Source: an uncultured Candidatus Binatia bacterium
GTDB taxonomy: Bacteria > Desulfobacterota > Binatia > Bin18
Direction of reading: 5' to 3'
Assembly: GCA_965214605.1 (NCBI GenBank)
Contig: OZ243961.1
Coordinates: forward strand, 2,752,001 to 2,816,000
DNA: 64,000 bases
This document shows positions 18,126 through 26,749 of the stretch, piece after piece. The position numbers and the translations under genes were made by a program. The notes under the pieces are model-generated. The model made no database searches and was not told the origin of the DNA. It saw nothing but the letters and a program-made list of their open reading frames with translations. Each line of letters begins with the position of its first letter. The first letter of the stretch is position 1.

Positions 18126-20288
18126 TCATCGAATGATCTCTCTTACATCCGCTTGGCCGTGCTTCTCAGAGCTTGGGATATCGGGCAGGATCTGGCCGGT
18201 TCGGGTGAACTCGTACAGCCGTTCCTGAGAGCGAATTGGGGGAGTGGTCGCTCTGCGCAGGTAGTGCGAGCGACCGTCGGCCAAGACTTCCCGGGCCTTG
18301 GTTGAGTCGGCTAGCTGAATGTCCAAAATATGCCCGAGTTGGGTTTGGAGCTTGGGATCAAGCACGGGAAAGGCAACCTCGACCCGGTAGTCAAGGTTGC
18401 GTGGCATCCAGTCGGCGGAGGCTAAAAAGTACTCCGGATCGCCGGCGTTCTGAAAATAGAAGATACGGGCGTGCTCCAGAAAGCGGTCAATAATAGAAAT
18501 CACACGGATATTGTCCGACACGCCCGCAAGACCGGGTCGTAAGCAGCAGATGCCGCGGACAATGAGATCGATCTGCACTCCGGCCTGGCTGGCGGCGTAG
18601 AGTTCTTCGATGAGGGTTTTGTCAACCAAACTGTTGAGCTTGGCAATGAGTCGAGCCGGGCGGTTGGCTTGGGCGTGCTCGATTTCACGCCGGATACGGG
18701 CGATCATGCCGTCTCTCAGCTGGGTCGGGGCAACCAAGAGATGATGAAAGTCCTGGGGCTCGGTATAGCCAGTCAACATATTGAACAGCTGGGTCAGATC
18801 TTCCCCAAATGATTCCTCACAGGTGAACAGCCCTAGGTCACCGTAGATAGTACTGGTTTTGACATTGTAGTTGCCGGTCGCCAGGTGGCAGTAACGACGA
18901 ATTCCGTCCGCCTCTTGACGGACGACTAAGCAGGCTTTGCAGTGGGTCTTGTAGCCGACCAAGCCGTACACTACATGCGCGCCGACCTCTTCCAAGGCCC
19001 GTGCCCAGGAAATATTGGCCTCTTCGTCAAAGCGAGCGCGCAGCTCAACCAAGACCGCGACTTCCTTGCCGGCTTCGGCAGCCTTGGTCAGCGCCTGTGC
19101 GATCGGCGAGCTGGGGCTCACCCGGTAGAGGGTCATTTTAATGGCCAGGACTTTAGGATCACGGGTGGCTTCTTCGACAAAATTAGTGACCGCGTCAAAG
19201 GACTGATAGGGGTGGTGGACCAAAATGTCATTGTCTTGGATCGCCTGCCAGATGCTCGTCGTGCGCTCAAACGCCGGAACCGACAGCTGCGGCAGGGGCC
19301 GATCTTTGAGCTGCGGCAGGTCGACTGCGGCGTAGAGCTGGAACAGATCGGTAAAAGCGGTGAAGCCCTTACTGGCGTATAAGTCGGACGGTTGCAGGTC
19401 AAGCTCGTCCACCAATAGAGACAAAATGTTGGTCGGCAGATCCGTGTCGTGCTGGAGCCGCACGGCGGTGCCCATGCGTCGCTCACGCATAGCCTCCTCA
19501 ATGCTGGTCAGTATATCTTCTAAGCGATCCTCGGGCAGCTCAAAGTCGGCGTCACGGGTTACGCGCACCGCATGACAGGACAAAATCTCATAGCCCCGGT
19601 ACAGGCGTGGTAAGTAGTGTTGCAAAACGTCTTCGAGCAAAATAAAGGCGTACTGGCCGGACTCGGTGGGCAGAGAGATAAAACGCGGCACCACATGACT
19701 CGGAATATGGACCATGGCCAGGGGGGTACGCGGCAGATGCGACCGGCTCAGCGACCGCAGCCCGGCTACTAGGTACAGCGAGCGATTGGCCAAATGCGGG
19801 AAGGGGTGGCCGGGGTCGATTGCTAGGGGAGTGAGGACCGGAAAGAGGGTTTTGCGAAAAAAGTTTTCAAGAAAGCGTTCCTGCTCGACGTCTAAGGCCG
19901 GCGGCGTGACAAACTGCACCCCCGCCTCGGCGAGTTGGGGGTGGATGGTGTCTAAAAAGCAGCGGTGTTGCTCATCGACGAGTTCATGAATCCGAGCCGA
20001 GATGGCTGCTAGTACCTGACTCGGCGTCAGTCCGTCCGGGCCAACTCGAAAGTTCCCCTCGCTAATCTGTCGCTTGACACCGGCGACGCGGACCATGAAG
20101 AATTCGTCCAGATTTGAGCTGAAGATGGACAGGAACTTGATCCGTTCCAACAAGGGGACACTCTCGTCCTGGGCTTCTTCCAGGACCCGTTTATTGAACT
20201 CTAGCCAAGACAGCTCTCGGTTGATAAAAGGGAGTTCTCCGGTCGGGGATGCCGGGGGTGTCGAAAGTTTCTCGCATGAGGATGCCAT
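18126..20288 (-). CDS. ppk1: Polyphosphate kinase 1
   Basis: NRELSWLEFNKRVL, SNLDEFFMVRVA, HHPY, KTHCK, TGNYN, RFLEHAR, SADWMPRN; AAGGAGG RBS. Confidence 0.97.
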   Translation of the reverse strand: MASSCEKLSTPPASPTGELPFINRELSWLEFNKRVLEEAQDESVPLLERIKFLSIFSSNLDEFFMVRVAGVKRQISEGNFRVGPDGLTPSQVLAAISARIHELVDEQHRCFLDTIHPQLAEAGVQFVTPPALDVEQERFLENFFRKTLFPVLTPLAIDPGHPFPHLANRSLYLVAGLRSLSRSHLPRTPLAMVHIPSHVVPRFISLPTESGQYAFILLEDVLQHYLPRLYRGYEILSCHAVRVTRDADFELPEDRLEDILTSIEEAMRERRMGTAVRLQHDTDLPTNILSLLVDELDLQPSDLYASKGFTAFTDLFQLYAAVDLPQLKDRPLPQLSVPAFERTTSIWQAIQDNDILVHHPYQSFDAVTNFVEEATRDPKVLAIKMTLYRVSPSSPIAQALTKAAEAGKEVAVLVELRARFDEEANISWARALEEVGAHVVYGLVGYKTHCKACLVVRQEADGIRRYCHLATGNYNVKTSTIYGDLGLFTCEESFGEDLTQLFNMLTGYTEPQDFHHLLVAPTQLRDGMIARIRREIEHAQANRPARLIAKLNSLVDKTLIEELYAASQAGVQIDLIVRGICCLRPGLAGVSDNIRVISIIDRFLEHARIFYFQNAGDPEYFLASADWMPRNLDYRVEVAFPVLDPKLQTQLGHILDIQLADSTKAREVLADGRSHYLRRATTPPIRSQERLYEFTRTGQILPDIPSSEKHGQADVREIIR

Positions 20289-21219
20289 GTCGGACTCCTC
20301 CTTGGGGAAGAACGGTGAGGCTTGAGAAACCGCTGCGCAGCATGATCTCCTCAACCGTCACCATACCGGCGACAATAGTATCAGCCCGTTCAGCCTTGAG
20401 GCCAGGGTAGACACGTTCTTCAGCAGGAATTGTTCCCAATTGTTCGAGGAACGTGGTAATTACAGACCGCTGTAGCGGGAAAAGTTTGTTTTGACAAGAT
20501 GGCGGCTTTTTGCGGCGTGGCAAGGACGATGACCTCTTCTTTGATCGGCGGCTCTCCCCGGCCTCCCTGTTGGCCTTATTCATGCGACACAGGGCGCGGA
20601 TAGTGCCTCCGAGTCCGATCAATTCTTCATGTGCTTGAGCCGGAGCGAGGACGTCGGCTAGCTGGGCGGCGATTTCCCGGCGCAGACCGACCATTTCGTC
20701 CGGACGTGGCGGGTCATGGCGAAAGAAGCGGGCGGTTGTCCGGACCACCCCGAGTGGCAGGCTGACGGCCGACACGATGTGGCCGTTGCTGATGCGGGTG
20801 AGTTGGAGGCTGCCGCCACCCAGATCAAGGACTAGACCGTTCCATTCGGGCCAACGACGGAGCACGGTCTGGGCACCGAGACACGCCTCTTCTTCGCCGC
20901 TCAGGATGTGAACGCTGAGCCCGGCGTCCCGGTGCAGAGGGTCAAGCAGGCTCATTTTATTGGCCGCGTCCCGGACCGCGGCGGTGGCTACTCCAATCCT
21001 GCGCGTGTCTTCACCACGGATTTCGTTCAGGAAGCGGTCGACCGCTTTGAGCGTTTTCCGAACGGCCGACGGCTTGAGAAGCCCGGAAGCACCGCAGCCT
21101 AAGCGGGTCGACACCCGCTGCTGAGACAGAATCTCAAAACCCTGTCCCGGCTTGATACGGGCGGTGAGCAAACGGACGGCGTTTGATCCCAGATCGACAA
21201 GGGCGATACGTTCAGACAT
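20191..21219 (-). CDS. ppx: Ppx/GppA exopolyphosphatase (short form)
   Basis: DLGSNAVRL, ATAAVRDA, SGEEEA, DLGGGSLQL, GGTIR. Confidence 0.9.
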   Translation of the reverse strand: MSERIALVDLGSNAVRLLTARIKPGQGFEILSQQRVSTRLGCGASGLLKPSAVRKTLKAVDRFLNEIRGEDTRRIGVATAAVRDAANKMSLLDPLHRDAGLSVHILSGEEEACLGAQTVLRRWPEWNGLVLDLGGGSLQLTRISNGHIVSAVSLPLGVVRTTARFFRHDPPRPDEMVGLRREIAAQLADVLAPAQAHEELIGLGGTIRALCRMNKANREAGESRRSKKRSSSLPRRKKPPSCQNKLFPLQRSVITTFLEQLGTIPAEERVYPGLKAERADTIVAGMVTVEEIMLRSGFSSLTVLPQGGVRHGILMRETFDTPGIPDRRTPFYQPRAVLARVQ

Positions 21220-21469
21220 AGTTGCCAGGGAGCGGGCGATCTACGGTTTCTGGAACGGGTAGACCGTCTCCTGAAATTCCTCCTCCAATCTGCCGAGGTC
21301 GTTTTCTCCTCAAGAGGGCCTGCCTCCACCTCAACACAAGCTCTTTGGAGCCCGTCGTGTTGTGTTTTGTCGGAGTTCTCCAGAAATTAGGTACTTCAGT
21401 CGGGGAGCAATTGCAGGAATCTCTCCGTTATTTTCCTTAGAGGCAGCATATTGTCCGTACACAGCATGT

Positions 21470-21498
21470 GTTACAGGAGTGTTACAGCCGCATGAAAT
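21470..21498 (-). promoter_or_regulatory. Pho box upstream of ppx-ppk1
   Basis: Minus strand ATTTCAT-gcgg-CTGTAAC-actc-CTGTAAC, 11-bp periodicity. Confidence 0.65.
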
Positions 21499-22019
21499 AT
21501 GGACGTTTTAGAGGAAAAAGATGGGGAGTAACCCCAGGGAGCCCTCCCGACAGGCGAGGGATAAAGGTGCGGGGAACGCTTTCTTGATAGACTGTGTGGG
21601 ATGAGAATACGGTGCGGCTCGTTTGACGGCGCTTGTCTTGATGAGGGGTCTCGGTATTGAGGAGCTTCGCTCAGATGTGTGGTGTGCCCTTTTTCACCCC
21701 TCTGTCAAACAGAGACTCAGTTCCTGCCCAGTACTAGTTGAAATCAGGTTGATGATGAACACCCGGACACTCGCCCGGGGTTCTGCATCCTGTCACCTCA
21801 CCCCTTCCCACTCCTGCTCTGCGATCAAGAAGAACAGTCGCCGAGGGGAGTGGTGATGATGGGCTATCCCGGCCCGGATCACGATTGGTAGCAGCAGCAT
21901 CCCGGTTTTCCGTGTCCCTTCTATTCGTCTCGGTGTGTTAAGCCCCCTCCCCATAGCTCCCCGCCTAAGGGGCTGATAGGGAAAGAACACCCAAGTGCCT
22001 GTCCACCCGAGTCTGTGCC

Positions 22020-23399
22020 ATGACGTCGACTTCGGTCCCTCAAGCGATATCTCTTGACCGTGACGCTGCCCTTGCCGACCTGGTGATTGCGGCAGAATTA
22101 GGTCAGAATGAGCGGGTTCGAACGGGTATCACGAGTTTGCACCCCGCCGACATCGCCGACCTCCTCGACGTGCTTGAAGAAGCCGAGACCAAACAGCGGG
22201 TCTTCGGTTTTCTGCCGCCTCAGCTGGCCTCTGAGGTGTTGAGCTTTGTTGCCCCGCCCACCCAAGAAATTTTGACCCGGGAGTTGTCCGACGCTGCCCT
22301 GGGCACGGTCGTCAAACACCTCAAATCGGACGACGCGGTTGATCTGCTGGCGACGCTGTCTCCTCAGCGGACGAGCGCCGTGCTGGCGTACGTCTCTGGA
22401 GAGCTGGCCGCCGAGATCAGCCAGCTGATGCGCCATCCCGAAGATGTCGCCGGCGGCATTATGCAGACCGAGTATATCGCGGTTGGGGAAGGGGCTCGGG
22501 TTGAGCAGGCGATTGAAACCATCCGCGCCCATGTGGATGAGATCAGCGATTTGCACAGCGTTTTTATTGTCAATACGGTCGGCCATCTCGTCGGTGTCCT
22601 GCCGCTCAGAAAGCTAATCCTGGCTCGCCCAACCGATCTGGTCGAACGCATTATGGCTCGTCAGGTGATCTCGGTCCGGGTCGATCTCGATCAGGAAGAC
22701 GTCGCCCAGGTGTGTCAAAAATACGACCTGGTGTCCCTGCCGGTGGTGGACGCCGCGGGGAAGTTAGTCGGGTTGATCATGGTCGATGATGTGGTCGACG
22801 TACTCGAAGAAGAAGCCACCGAAGACATCTATAAGCTGGCCAACCTGAGTCAGGAAGAAGAGGTATTTGAACCGCCGTGGCGGTCAATTCGGCACCGTCT
22901 GCCGTGGTTGGGGCTCAATCTGATCACGACCAGCCTGAGTGCGGCGGTGATTGCCCTGTTTGAAGACACGATTCAGGCCTTGGCCGTGGCCGCGGCGTTC
23001 ATGACCATTGTCGCCGCCCAAGGAGGGAATGCCGGCATTCAGACTTTGACCGTGACGGTGCGCGGCTTGGCGCTGGGCGAGGTGAGTCTGAAGCATGCCA
23101 GGCGGGTGTTGTTCAAAGAGCTGAGTGTGGGGCTGGGCAACGGGGTGATTCTGGGCGTCATTGCCGGAGCGGTTGCATATCTGTGGGAGGGAAGTCCCCT
23201 GCTGGGCGGGGTGTTGGCCCTGGCGCTCGTTCTTAACCTGGTGGTGGCGGCTTTCGTGGGCACTGTAGTGCCGTTTTTGTTGGACCGCAGCGGGATCGAC
23301 CCAGCGGTGGCGTCCAACGTCTTTGTCACCGCTTGTACCGATATTTTTGGCTTCTTTTCCTTTTTAGGAATTCTGGCCCTGTTGTGGGGCTTGGTATAA
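22020..23399 (+). CDS. mgtE: Magnesium transporter MgtE
   Basis: LHPADIAD, SDDAVD, AGGIM, CBS pair, GGNAGIQ, IDPAVAS. Confidence 0.95.
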   Translation: MTSTSVPQAISLDRDAALADLVIAAELGQNERVRTGITSLHPADIADLLDVLEEAETKQRVFGFLPPQLASEVLSFVAPPTQEILTRELSDAALGTVVKHLKSDDAVDLLATLSPQRTSAVLAYVSGELAAEISQLMRHPEDVAGGIMQTEYIAVGEGARVEQAIETIRAHVDEISDLHSVFIVNTVGHLVGVLPLRKLILARPTDLVERIMARQVISVRVDLDQEDVAQVCQKYDLVSLPVVDAAGKLVGLIMVDDVVDVLEEEATEDIYKLANLSQEEEVFEPPWRSIRHRLPWLGLNLITTSLSAAVIALFEDTIQALAVAAAFMTIVAAQGGNAGIQTLTVTVRGLALGEVSLKHARRVLFKELSVGLGNGVILGVIAGAVAYLWEGSPLLGGVLALALVLNLVVAAFVGTVVPFLLDRSGIDPAVASNVFVTACTDIFGFFSFLGILALLWGLV

Positions 23400-23467
23400 G
23401 TGGCCCTCCCGTTGGGCCGGATGACTTCCTTGGGGTGGTGAGGTGCTCAGCCGAGCGGTCCTGACTC

Positions 23468-24697
23468 CTAGCGGGTGCTGTTCAGCGCATAGTCCACAAT
23501 GTCAAAATTCCGTATATGGGCCCGACTCGCGTAGGCATCGGCAACCGGCTCTGACACAATAAACGGCACCTGCTGCTCGCTGAGCCCGCCGTGTGAACGG
23601 AGAGGGACATTGCGGAGCTGTGAGAGATCGTGCTCTACAGGGCTCGTGCCAAGAGCCGTATCTTGATCCCCAATCACGACCAGATCGCCCTCGCGGTCGG
23701 GCGGCAGGCCAAACTGTGTGCACGCCTGTTCGCGTTCATAAACGGCGGCGACGCCGGTCAGTTCTTGTATAACGCCGCCGACTGTGTGGGTTGTGAGGGA
23801 CGGGCAGTAGACGCGGACGAAGGAGCCTAGGGCGCCGTGATGGACGACATACGGATCGGTGATGGGGCAGATGACACGGGTTGTGCCGGGTTCAAAATGG
23901 TGATCTAGGACCTCCTGCAGAAAAATCACCCGAGGTTTGAAATTCATGCCATGATCGGCCGTTAGCGCGACTGTGGCGCCTTTTTCGGCAAACTCGCCCA
24001 GCCGGGCATCTAGGCTATGATAAAAGGCGTCAGCCTCAGGACGACCTGGGGCATGTTTATGTTGCACATAATCGCTCAAGGACAGATACATGAAATCCGG
24101 CCGCTCGCGTTCAAGGAGACGCAGGCCGGCGTCCAAGACAAACAGCGATACGTCGGCCGAGTAGACCTTGGGTTGCTCCCGTCCAACGAGGTCGAGAACG
24201 TGGCTGATGCCGTTGTCCTCTGTTGTACACTTGGCCGCCCGTTCAGCAGAGAAACACACGCCGCCCCTGAGCCGATGTCCGAGCATACGGCGCAGTTTGT
24301 CTTTGGCGGTGATAATCACCACCTTGCAGCCGTTGTGGGACAGTACGGCCGGCAGCGTGTCACAGCGCACATAGGCCGGATCGTCCAGCATGACTGCCTG
24401 GTTTTTGAGCGGATCGAAAAAATAGTTGCCCGAAATCCCGTGTACGGACTGAGGCGCACCAGTGACAATCGACAGGTTGTTGGGATTGGTAAAGGTCGGG
24501 ACCGCGGCTTCAGCAATGGTGGCAAAGCCGGTGTCGCAGAAGGCTTGCAGGTTGGGAAGAATCCCCTTGTCAAGCCCCCGCTCAATATAGGCTGGGTCGC
24601 AGCCGTCAACGCATACCACGACCACTGGTCGACGTGGAACGGCGTAGGTTCGATTCTGCAAACTCACCGTTGGGGCTGAAGCGGGCATGAGCGACAT
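23468..24697 (-). CDS. phnA: Phosphonoacetate hydrolase
   Basis: VCVDGC, PTFTNPNNLSIVTG, DYVQHK, TADHGM, LRSHGG. Confidence 0.92.
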   Translation of the reverse strand: MSLMPASAPTVSLQNRTYAVPRRPVVVVCVDGCDPAYIERGLDKGILPNLQAFCDTGFATIAEAAVPTFTNPNNLSIVTGAPQSVHGISGNYFFDPLKNQAVMLDDPAYVRCDTLPAVLSHNGCKVVIITAKDKLRRMLGHRLRGGVCFSAERAAKCTTEDNGISHVLDLVGREQPKVYSADVSLFVLDAGLRLLERERPDFMYLSLSDYVQHKHAPGRPEADAFYHSLDARLGEFAEKGATVALTADHGMNFKPRVIFLQEVLDHHFEPGTTRVICPITDPYVVHHGALGSFVRVYCPSLTTHTVGGVIQELTGVAAVYEREQACTQFGLPPDREGDLVVIGDQDTALGTSPVEHDLSQLRNVPLRSHGGLSEQQVPFIVSEPVADAYASRAHIRNFDIVDYALNSTR

Positions 24698-24800
24698 ATA
24701 CCTGACTTTCCGCTCAGCAAGAAGAGTCGGGCGTCGGTCAGCGAGTGCACCTCTCCACTGGCCGCTGCAAGACTTTCTCAGCAGCCCGCCCGGCGCCGGG

Positions 24801-24995
24801 TTAGTCGTCTGTCGTGGGTGTTTGTTCGATTTGGATCAGGGCGCTTTGAAAAGCTTGAACCGAAACCCGATAGTCGCGCATCAGGCGACGCGCATCGACA
24901 AGGTCTTCGGGACGGGTCCGTAAGTGTTGAACGAGACGGGAAGCTGGCTCCTGTTGCTCGATGTCGGAGGAGGCGGAGTTTGCATCCGGATCCAT
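24801..24995 (-). CDS. Small hypothetical protein (64 aa)
   Basis: GAAAGGA RBS before ATG; helical-looking sequence; same strand as and upstream of phnA. Confidence 0.55.
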   Translation of the reverse strand: MDPDANSASSDIEQQEPASRLVQHLRTRPEDLVDARRLMRDYRVSVQAFQSALIQIEQTPTTDD

Positions 24996-25577
24996 AAATA
25001 TTCCTTTCTGACTGATAGATTTGTGTTGAGGAACACGTTAACAGACACACCTCAGTCCGCAAGGGGGGACACGAAGAGCTGACAAACAGAGTGGCCGTTT
25101 CTGTCACGATACCTCGGCAGCTCCTCGCAAAAGCCTTGATACATGAGGAACTTCGGCTGAGAGACCTCTGCAACATCGAAGCGGAAGTTGACCAAACAGC
25201 ATGATGTTACAAAAAAATAGGCAATGACATTAAAATAACGATGTTTGTCTTTCTGTCGTTCTGAATATTTTTAGAAGTAAGATGAACAAAAAGGACGTTC
25301 TCTCACGCGATTTTCTGCACAGCACGGCCCGTCCTCAGGTCTACGGGAGAGCGTTAGAAGTCCGAGGAGACGACAAGAGCAGCTCGGACAGCCTGTATCT
25401 GCGTTATGCCGATTACCCGCGGCAGACTCTACGCACAGACTACTAGCTGCAGTGGGCGCGTGTGGGGAGCTGTCTGCGAGGTGATGCTGACGATTATAAA
25501 ATATTCTAATATTTTTTTAAATTTTAATTCTTCATTGCTTATATTCCAATTTCTTGTGTATCTGCTATGCTCTGAAG

Positions 25578-25670
25578 GAGTCGACTCACGACATGCATCG
25601 TTGAGATCTCCCCAACTCAACGAAGGCATAAGCCCGCAGGTTTCCCCTCCTTTTTCCTGCGGGCTTTTTT
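25578..25670 (+). ncRNA. Candidate small RNA (two hairpins with C-rich loops, ending in an intrinsic terminator)
   Basis: AT-rich tract and TGcTATGCT extended -10 upstream; stems TCGTTGAG/CTCAACGA and AAGCCCGCAGG/CCTGCGGGCTT followed by T run. Confidence 0.45.
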
Positions 25671-26150
25671 CATGCGGCTGGCTCCAAGACTTTTTGGAAG
25701 ATTGAAGATGGTCTGCACTTACAACTCCCACCCTAGTGCTCAACCTTCAATACGGGTCCCCTCACTATCACCGGCCGCGAACACCGGCTGAACGATGGCC
25801 GCTTGCAACAGGGGGCCCATCGCTTGAGCGATGCTGGTAGACCAACGTCCTGGCGCAATCTGTTTGAAAGCCGCATCCGTCCATCTGAGATTATCCTCAG
25901 AACGGGTGCTGTTCTGAGTGAAGAAGACCGTAGTTTGAGGACCAAGATTTTACCTCCGACCGAGAGGTCGGTGTGACTCCCCCGGAGGACGAGCAGGGCG
26001 ATAATAACCACAGCCCCGACTCTATCGAGTGAGAGCCCTGGGATAGATGAGGCCCATGTGTACCGCGAGTCCATGTTACAAGAATGTGAAATTTAGGGCC
26101 TGGTGGTCGATTTTTGTGGACCACAATTGGCGACTTTGCTAATGGTGGAC

Positions 26151-26665
26151 ATGCGGGTCGGGACTAACGGCTTCGGCTGCATAGGACGCCTCAGTTTGCA
26201 CATCGCCTGGGCGTGGTTGGACATCGTCCACGAGATCACAGGTGCGCAACCCATCTGCTGGATTTAATCCGGTTCACGGTCGCTGCCCGCTCGGCATTCG
26301 GACTGAGAACGAAACCATGTGGCTTGAGAGCAAACTGATGTCTTTCAGCACTTTCACCCGAACCGCTGGGGATGTCCGACATTGGGGTCAGTATCGTTGG
26401 CGAGTGCTCAGGACAGTGCCGCCCCCCGGAACTGTGGCAGCCCGACTTGAATGCTGGGGGGCTTTGGGACAGGGTTGGCCCTGGTGCTGCAAGCCGGTGG
26501 TATCCCGTACTCTCTGTCATTGTTGGGCTGATCTTTGCGGTCAACTCGTCGGTTCACTCGTATATGATTCTGGCCTACACTAATGCTGACTAGGTCACAC
26601 TGAACGGTTGGATGTTCCTACATGATAAACGCGACCGGTCAGCTGCTCGGGACGCTGCTGCTGCC
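26151..26665 (+). pseudogene. Collapsed remnant of a gapdh-arsJ arsenate-resistance pair
   Basis: MRVGTNGFGCIGRL, ...VHGR and GVSIVGECSG (GAPDH) joined to FAVNSSVHSYMILAY and VGCSYMINATGQLLGTLL (ArsJ C-terminus), with stops and frameshifts. Confidence 0.7.
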
Positions 26666-26749
26666 GATCGGTCGTCTACTTCAGATGGAGGAAAAAGGAG
26701 ACGATGATCTCATCCGACTCGGAAGACCGTCATTGTCAACTTTTCTAGT

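Noticed and set aside
21520-21570. GGGGAGTAA resembling the start of a yybP-ykoY riboswitch
   Set aside because: Downstream CGTCA and GAGACC elements are absent
25206-25230. Possible Pho box (GTTACA...ATGACA)
   Set aside because: Half-sites are 18 bp apart, not in 11-bp phase
25733-26074. 113-aa minus-strand ORF
   Set aside because: No motif or clear RBS; lies in a decayed region
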